Positions 44,842-50,987 of a stretch of DNA of 50,987 nucleotides are shown in pieces. A program made the translations under genes and the position numbers. Each line of letters starts with the position of its first letter. Positions within the stretch are counted from its first letter, which is position 1. Below the pieces are notes generated by a model. That model saw only the letters and a list, made by a program, of their open reading frames with translations, ran no database searches and was not told where the DNA came from. The stretch is taken from the sequence record OK272486.1; one strand, 5' to 3'. Origin of the DNA: Escherichia phage JLBYU10.

Positions 44842-44872
44842 CTTCAATACCCCTTAGTTGTTGTTGGCTGTA

Positions 44873-44915
44873 ACTATACACGATCCGGCAAGCCGAGTTT
44901 AGCAAAAAGTGCTAC
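44873..44915 (-). promoter_or_regulatory. Motif-type promoter-like unit (minus): GTAGCACTTTTTGCTAAAC, 21-bp spacer, TATAGT
   Basis: Reverse-complement motif heading leftward lipoprotein/receptor-binding operon. Confidence 0.5.
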
Positions 44916-44999
44916 TTGTTATTTTTTGTTTTCCGGTGCTATCGGATTTAAGACGGCGTAAATTTAGCGCAAATTTTAGCCAACATAAGAACAATAAAT

Positions 45000-45240
45000 A
45001 ATCAATAAAATATGTATATACATATAAAATCAATAGTTTATTTATTTATGTATGTGTATTTGTTTTTTTCTTGTTATCTGTGTTTCTTGTGGTTTTGGTT
45101 GTTTGTGGTGATTTTTCTTTCTGAGTATCTGTATGTGCCATCATTCATGTGTATGTATATAATCCGGCGTATCTGAGAGAACAAGGGAACAAGAAAAATA
45201 ACACATATTAATCATTAACTTACGCGTCAAATTTGTTTTA
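45000..45240. repeat. TG/TA-rich non-coding element, copy 2 (homologous to 15900..16165)
   Basis: Shares TTTATTTATTTATGTATGTGTATTTGT...CTTGTTATCTGTGTTTCTTGTGGTTTTGGT and GGGAACAAGAAAAA blocks with copy 1. Confidence 0.6.
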
Positions 45241-45285
45241 TTGCCATCTGAGAACGCTTAGAAAACAGAAAAAACAAAACAACTA

Positions 45286-45313
45286 TTGACTAAATCAATC
45301 AAATGGCTACAAT
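45286..45313 (+). promoter_or_regulatory. sigma70-type promoter (TTGACT, 16 bp, TACAAT)
   Basis: Near-canonical hexamers ~30 bp upstream of exonuclease gene. Confidence 0.55.
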
Positions 45314-45343
45314 GCACACACAAAGCAACGAGGAGCATTAAAG

Positions 45344-46399
45344 ATGAGTGATTTTAACGCCTATACTAGCGAAGAAATGAGCAATGAGCTTTATCATGAT
45401 CCTAACGCGTGGACGGCTGAATACGTCAGCGGTTCCAGCCTGGCGGAGATTTACAGCACTTGCCCTGCCTACTGGAAGTACAAGCCTCGCCAGGAAACCA
45501 AAGCACTTGTTTTCGGTACGCAGTCGCATACCAATTTTGAAAGCAAGGAGTTATTCGAAAAAACATATCGCCGCGCACCGTCGCAGGATGATTTTAAAGA
45601 TCTGATCACAAGTCAAACGGCGTTGGCCTCAAAGCTGAAATCTTTTGGCCTGAAAGGTACAACGGGTAAGCAATACCCCGAATTGCTGGAAATGCTGTAC
45701 AAGTGCGGTGAGGATCTCAATGTATGGTGGCTTATCGAAATGATGGCAGAATGCCAGGCCGCAGCGGACGGCGTGCAGTTAATCGACGCGAAAGATTATG
45801 ATGCCTGTGTAGCGATGCGGCGCGTACTTGAGGCAATACCTGAGCATAATGCTTGCATGAATAGCCCAACCGCGCAGCGTGAAATGTCAATATTCGGGAT
45901 CATTAATGGCGTAAAAGTTAAAGTGCGCCTTGATCACGTTGACGTAAACAAGGATGTAAAGGCCACAATCATTAACGGTTACGACGAAAAAGGCCGACCG
46001 ATTTATGAAGAAGTCATCTATCCAGAAGCTGTGATTATAACTGACTATAAAACAACGGTTAGCGCAAATCCGATTGACTTCCAGCGCCTGGCTTACAATC
46101 ACGGCTATTATCTCAAAATGGCTTTGCAACATGATTTATTCAAAAAGGCGTATCCAGACGAGGAAAGACCAGTAATTGTGAGATTGCTTGCTCAAGAGAA
46201 GAAAGAGCCTTACTTGCCGCTCGCATTCCGAATGAATATTGAGCAATTGAAGATCGGGCGTATCCAGTACATGAGCGTGATCAACAAGTTCAACGTTTGC
46301 CAACAGTTAGATGAATGGCCTTCGTATGCAAACGGACAACCAGAAATTGATCTTGATACTCCTGATTGGGTGCGCGCTCAATTCAGGCAGTATCTATAA
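45344..46399 (+). CDS. recombination exonuclease (PD-(D/E)XK fold, putative)
   Basis: D...ITDYKT acidic-Lys motif; position upstream of Erf and SSB. Confidence 0.5.
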   Translation: MSDFNAYTSEEMSNELYHDPNAWTAEYVSGSSLAEIYSTCPAYWKYKPRQETKALVFGTQSHTNFESKELFEKTYRRAPSQDDFKDLITSQTALASKLKSFGLKGTTGKQYPELLEMLYKCGEDLNVWWLIEMMAECQAAADGVQLIDAKDYDACVAMRRVLEAIPEHNACMNSPTAQREMSIFGIINGVKVKVRLDHVDVNKDVKATIINGYDEKGRPIYEEVIYPEAVIITDYKTTVSANPIDFQRLAYNHGYYLKMALQHDLFKKAYPDEERPVIVRLLAQEKKEPYLPLAFRMNIEQLKIGRIQYMSVINKFNVCQQLDEWPSYANGQPEIDLDTPDWVRAQFRQYL

Positions 46400-46474
46400 C
46401 AAACTAAACAAATAGCTAAACTTTTATAATGGTTGGTGATATAATTCGCCAACCAGATAACAGGAGAATGAGAA

Positions 46475-46732
46475 ATGACAGACAAAGACAATGCCACATT
46501 GTTGCATTTAGAACGATTCATTGATCGAGTAACCATTGCAATGAAAGAATTTATTAAGCCGATGAACATTAAAGAGTCGGAAGAAATGAAGACTTACATC
46601 AAGGACGTGGTTGCATCCATTGACAACGTTATCCTTGTTGCAACGATGAGCAAGGGAAACAAAGAGCGCGAGAGGTTGGTTGTTGAATCAACAGAAGAAT
46701 TTATTAAAATGCTTGAAAGCGAGAAGGAATAA
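46475..46732 (+). CDS. hypothetical protein
   Basis: ORF track; CAGGAGAA RBS. Confidence 0.45.
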   Translation: MTDKDNATLLHLERFIDRVTIAMKEFIKPMNIKESEEMKTYIKDVVASIDNVILVATMSKGNKERERLVVESTEEFIKMLESEKE

Positions 46733-47389
<657 letters not shown>

Positions 47390-47432
47390 TAAACGGGGCG
47401 CTTGCGCCCCTTTTGTCATAGGAGAAAACAAA

Positions 47433-47885
47433 ATGCACGTTATTACAGGTGAGATTCGAAAAGAGCCAAAAGTAAAGCAAATGCCTAACGGCAGCACGCT
47501 ATATGTTATTGAGCTTTCCGAGCGATACAAAGACCGAGAGGGAAATTGGCAGTATACAAACTATGTGTTTTTCTTTAACGCGAAAACAGACGGCCTGAAT
47601 GGTTGGTATGCCGAGGCGTTCCAGGTAGGCAAGGTTGTTTCTGTTTCCTGCGATACCTTGCGAGTAGAAACGCGAGAATACAACGGAAAGATTTACAGCA
47701 CCGTGCAGCCTGGCGGATTTGCAAACTTGCTATTTAGCCAGAGAGGTGAAAGCCAGCAACAATATCAGCAGCGAACGCAAGGAGGCTGGGGGCAACCACA
47801 ACAGCAACAGCAACAAAATACTCAACAGCAGCCGCAGCAAAGCAATCAGCCTCCGATTGACTTTGACGACGATATACCATTCTGA
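47433..47885 (+). CDS. ssb: single-stranded DNA-binding protein
   Basis: ORF 47382..47885 trimmed to Met with GGAGAAAACAAA RBS; Gly/Gln-rich linker and acidic tail DFDDDIPF. Confidence 0.75.
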   Translation: MHVITGEIRKEPKVKQMPNGSTLYVIELSERYKDREGNWQYTNYVFFFNAKTDGLNGWYAEAFQVGKVVSVSCDTLRVETREYNGKIYSTVQPGGFANLLFSQRGESQQQYQQRTQGGWGQPQQQQQQNTQQQPQQSNQPPIDFDDDIPF

Positions 47886-47887
47886 TA

Positions 47888-47919
47888 ACAAAAAGCCCCG
47901 CATATGCGGGGCTTTTTTT
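47888..47919. terminator. bidirectional rho-independent terminator
   Basis: GCCCCGCAT-ATGCGGGGC stem flanked by A-run and T-run between convergent genes. Confidence 0.6.
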
Positions 47920-48322
47920 AGTCTAACGTGGTTGGTTTGTTTACCAGTGCCGCTACAACCGCTTTTAGCTCGTCAATTTCTTTTCTCATCTCATCGTTTT
48001 CCGCTTTCAGTTTCTTAACGTGGTGAATCAGTGGAACAGTGAGGCGGTCATACATAACGCCTTCCGCCACCATGCCATTACTTGAAGCAATGGCAGGATC
48101 TTCTCCTTCTTGCAGCGGCCGCCAGTGAACGTACTCCGGCGCAATTTCTCCAACCTCTTCCGCGATTAGCCCGTACCATCCCCAATCTTTACGGTCGCTT
48201 TCACAGGTTGACCGATACCACACAGGACGCATTTCAAGCATCAGATCCGCATATTCATCAATAACCGATTCTACGCTGCGCTTATAACGAGAAGAGGAAG
48301 TGGAGCGTAAAACTTGCGACAC
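47918..48322 (-). CDS. peptidase S74-like intramolecular chaperone domain protein (possibly C-terminal part of a split tail-fibre gene)
   Basis: SDRKDW...YGLIAEEVGEIAPEYV...coiled-coil tail, resembling tail-fibre auto-cleaving chaperone domains; frame open upstream of annotated start. Confidence 0.4.
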   Translation of the reverse strand: MSQVLRSTSSSRYKRSVESVIDEYADLMLEMRPVWYRSTCESDRKDWGWYGLIAEEVGEIAPEYVHWRPLQEGEDPAIASSNGMVAEGVMYDRLTVPLIHHVKKLKAENDEMRKEIDELKAVVAALVNKPTTLD

Positions 48323-48615
48323 TCCAGCATTTGGATCAAGCCATAAGTTTGCTGATTGAGCGGGGTTGTGTTTAGTCTAAACAAATAAAATGCCTCGTTA
48401 CCAGTCAGGGGGTAAAAATTGCCACCATACCTTCCGCTATCCAACTCGGACGATAGATCATTTTGTTTTAGATACGGTTTCAACTTATTGTCAACATCAG
48501 CAGTTGATGCTTTTCCGGCAACATCCTGTTTTAGTGTCGAAACATCCTGTTTTATCGTAGAAACATCATTTTTCAGCTTCGTTATATCACTAGGTATAAC
48601 AGTGACTGTAGCCAT
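48271..48615 (-). CDS. tail-fibre-like coiled-coil protein fragment
   Basis: ORF track; heptad-like KLKNDVSTIKQDVSTLKQDV; overlaps next ORF out of frame by ~50 bp. Confidence 0.3.
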   Translation of the reverse strand: MATVTVIPSDITKLKNDVSTIKQDVSTLKQDVAGKASTADVDNKLKPYLKQNDLSSELDSGRYGGNFYPLTGNEAFYLFRLNTTPLNQQTYGLIQMLECRKFYAPLPLLVISAA

Positions 48616-48627
48616 TTTCCTAACTCC

Positions 48628-48906
48628 TTAAGCCCATTCTCTAATCGGCTGATCTAACTCAACCACGTAGCCGTTAAAAATTACGGCATCAAACTTATCA
48701 TCAATGATTCGCACATTGACGAAATAGCCGTCGTTCTTTCGCGCAATCTCATCGCCATCGTCAGATCGTGCAATTACTGTGTAAGTATTGCCGATTACAT
48801 CGAGCAGGATTGCATCCTGAATGGATTCGTTTTCGTTCCATTCAATTTCTTCCAGAAAGGCGGAAAACTCCGCCTTGTCTAAAAATTTCAGTGTTAAATC
48901 ACGCAT
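48628..48906 (-). CDS. hypothetical protein (tail-fibre accessory?)
   Basis: ORF 48628..48951 trimmed to ATG overlapping stop of tail-fibre gene. Confidence 0.4.
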   Translation of the reverse strand: MRDLTLKFLDKAEFSAFLEEIEWNENESIQDAILLDVIGNTYTVIARSDDGDEIARKNDGYFVNVRIIDDKFDAVIFNGYVVELDQPIREWA

Positions 48907-50882
48907 TATACAATTTCCCCCAATTGATGATCTGTTAGTGCCTTGTGCCATATACGGAAGTTTCTAACGTGCCCGAAAAGATGGCGTTCGCCCGTAGTTG
49001 TTTGTCCGCCAATCCTTATAGTAGCCGTTGATTTTATGTATCTCCATTCCGTTTTTGTTTCGCTTGATATTCTGGCATTACTTACACAGCAATTATTGTA
49101 ATCACTCTTTACTCTCATTCCCATGATCATCTTTTTTAGTTTTGCATTCTCGTAAACCCTTCTTTTTGATCCACCTATATCGCAATAAGGGAATCCATCA
49201 TTATCTCCCTCGGCAGATCCGAAAGCAAGAATAATTGCCGCACCAGATTGATGACCTACAGTATCAAAAACACGAGGCGCAGCATTTGGCGTTATACTCC
49301 AGTTTTTATTAGCTTCCACAAGAACTGTAAACGGCAAATTGTAAAGGTTGTTTTTTATTGGCACTGTAACCATATCGCTTGCCCTTGTTACTGGATTTTC
49401 TTCTGTAATTATGAAAGAAGAGGCACAAGATCCTCCCTCAACTTGTGGAGTTGCAATATAAATGTAATCATCCGCGCCAGTGCCCACTCCTTTTGCCGGG
49501 GCATACTGAACCATTCCACCTATCATATTTTCTGTATCAAGTGCCTTAATTGTCGCCTCAAAAAAGATCCATTTGCTTGCTTCATCTTTAACAGCCCTTG
49601 CAGTAATACGATTTGCAGCGACGCCAGTTTTTTCAATTGATAAATCTGTCAGATTTACGTAAGCATCACCCAAAAATGCATAAGCAGATCCATCGTAGTT
49701 TTCAAATCGTAATCGGCATCTTAAATTTGGAGTCCCACTTTGCGCCCTGCATGATATGGTTACATACTTTTCATTTCCTGTTACATCAAAACCTCTACTG
49801 CCGGAAACGGTTACTATGTTAATCTCTGAAATTTGCCCTACCATTTCTGGTTTTAATGTAAATTTTGCGTACTGGAATCCGAAATTATCCACACCTGATC
49901 TATCTAAGATCATATTTGATGACTTGTTCCATTTTGAAGGATTGACGCTATTTATAAGAAGGTTTGTTCTTTGCCCCTCAATGAGCAGACCATCCTTTTC
50001 AAATCTAGGTTCATCAATAGCAGCATTAGTAAGCACCCCAGACTTATTAATGTAAGTAGCGGTTGATGCGCGTTTAAACTTAACAATCTTGTCACCTGGC
50101 ATCGTGATCTCATCGTCACCTATAACAATCTTTTTATATGACGGAGAGAATCCGGTGATCATATCCAGGGAATCATTAAACGGTATCCACACGTCCGGCA
50201 ACGGTTGCAATAAATCTTTGTAAGGTTCTGCGGCCTGCTTTGCGTATTCCTCCGCTTGATCTCGCGCACTTTCAGCTCCTGCCTTTGCAGTGTTCGCAGC
50301 GTCACGCGCGGATTCAGCGCCTTTTCTTGCAGTTTCAGCGCCAGTCTTTGCAGTGTTTGCAGCGTCGCGCGCGGATTCAGCGGCAGCCTTTGCAGTGTCA
50401 GCACCTTTCTTGCTATTCTCTGCATTTGTTGCGCTTGTCTTTGCGTTATTCTCGCTAGTTTTAGCTGCCTTCTGGCTTGCTGCGGCTGCGTCAGCATTTG
50501 TCTTTACGTCTTCCTGGATCTTCTGTAGCTTATCCCAATCAAAATCCTTGATGATCTCAATAAATCCAGCAAGCTCCGACTCCTTTCCCTGGTAATAACG
50601 CAACGTTTCCGCTACGTCTTGCGCAAGACCGTCAACCGTTAACGAGTCATGAAGCAAGATCAGGTAATTTGTCTTCTGGACTACCGCGCCGCCAGTAGTA
50701 ATTGCGCGAATGCTTGTATCGCTAATCACTTCCGTAATCACAGCAGCTTGCAAAGGTTGAGCAAGAAAGAAAATAGTTGCACCTGGGCGAATCAAGGTTA
50801 ATTGCTCACGCCATTTTGTACCGTAACCAGTTACATAACCTTGCGCGTCCATAGACGCTTGGCCTTGTCTGTAAATCGCCAT
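48906..50882 (-). CDS. side tail fibre protein
   Basis: ORF 48906..50906 trimmed to ATG with AGGAGGA RBS; Ala-rich repeats AAESARDAANTAKTGAETARKGAESARDAANTAKAGAESARD typical of fibre shafts. Confidence 0.55.
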   Translation of the reverse strand: MAIYRQGQASMDAQGYVTGYGTKWREQLTLIRPGATIFFLAQPLQAAVITEVISDTSIRAITTGGAVVQKTNYLILLHDSLTVDGLAQDVAETLRYYQGKESELAGFIEIIKDFDWDKLQKIQEDVKTNADAAAASQKAAKTSENNAKTSATNAENSKKGADTAKAAAESARDAANTAKTGAETARKGAESARDAANTAKAGAESARDQAEEYAKQAAEPYKDLLQPLPDVWIPFNDSLDMITGFSPSYKKIVIGDDEITMPGDKIVKFKRASTATYINKSGVLTNAAIDEPRFEKDGLLIEGQRTNLLINSVNPSKWNKSSNMILDRSGVDNFGFQYAKFTLKPEMVGQISEINIVTVSGSRGFDVTGNEKYVTISCRAQSGTPNLRCRLRFENYDGSAYAFLGDAYVNLTDLSIEKTGVAANRITARAVKDEASKWIFFEATIKALDTENMIGGMVQYAPAKGVGTGADDYIYIATPQVEGGSCASSFIITEENPVTRASDMVTVPIKNNLYNLPFTVLVEANKNWSITPNAAPRVFDTVGHQSGAAIILAFGSAEGDNDGFPYCDIGGSKRRVYENAKLKKMIMGMRVKSDYNNCCVSNARISSETKTEWRYIKSTATIRIGGQTTTGERHLFGHVRNFRIWHKALTDHQLGEIV

Positions 50883-50899
50883 TTGTAAAATCCTCCTAA

Positions 50900-50920
50900 A
50901 TAGCACTTTTTGCTAATGAC
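50900..50920 (+). repeat. motif copy (ATAGCACTTTTTGCTAATGAC) upstream of, and inverted relative to, the tail-fibre gene
   Basis: No -10 at canonical spacing on plus strand; adjacent to RBS of minus-strand gene. Confidence 0.4.
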
Positions 50921-50947
50921 AATGCAGATAATAGCATTTTCAAGTGC

Positions 50948-50975
50948 AAAAAAAAACCCCGCATAAGCGGGGCAA
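50948..50975 (-). terminator. rho-independent terminator for leftward transcription
   Basis: CCCCGCATAAGCGGGG stem with T9 on minus strand; would terminate primase operon if genome is circularly permuted. Confidence 0.5.
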
Positions 50976-50987
50976 TACTAGCGGAGT

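Noticed and set aside
50159-50595. Plus-strand ORFs 50240..50458, 50256..50528, 50290..50595 and minus-strand ORF 50159..50497
   Set aside because: Low-complexity Ala/Ser/Leu-rich translations inside the tail-fibre gene's Ala-rich repeat region; shadow ORFs of a repetitive coding sequence.

Overview
The window reads as a complete or nearly complete, probably circularly permuted ~51-kb genome of a virulent T1-like (Drexlerviridae-type) siphovirus, not a bacterial chromosomal region. Modules in order: leftward primase and HTH genes (0-1.5 kb); rightward replication/modification genes (SF2 helicase, VRR-NUC nuclease, N6-adenine methyltransferase, metallophosphoesterase) plus a lysis cassette (holin, SAR-type endolysin, unimolecular spanin) (1.5-8 kb); a leftward block of ~20 mostly small genes including a 526-aa P-loop protein, a cytosine-methyltransferase-like gene and an HNH endonuclease (8-15.6 kb); a 0.6-kb TG/TA-rich regulatory region; a rightward block of ~22 small early genes including a HAD phosphatase and a P-loop kinase (16.2-23 kb); the structural module (TerS/TerL, portal, head morphogenesis, scaffold, capsid, head-tail genes, major tail, frameshifted chaperone, tape measure, lambda M/L/K/I/J-like tail-tip genes with a second HNH gene inserted) (23-43.7 kb); a leftward receptor-binding/lipoprotein locus (43.7-44.8 kb); a second TG/TA-rich regulatory region; a rightward recombination module (PD-(D/E)XK exonuclease, Erf, SSB) (45.3-47.9 kb); and a leftward tail-fibre module (47.9-50.9 kb). 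I recognised no tRNA, rRNA, CRISPR array, integrase or repressor. The most striking signal is non-coding: a ~20-bp motif (ATAGCACTTTTTGTTAAAAC) in about 19 copies, 15 of them with a rigid promoter-like architecture that does not fit canonical sigma70 spacing. All protein calls rest on motifs read by eye from the ORF track, not on database searches. CDS coordinates follow the ORF track (starts moved in-frame where an RBS supports it); non-coding coordinates were counted by eye and may be off by 1-2 bp.
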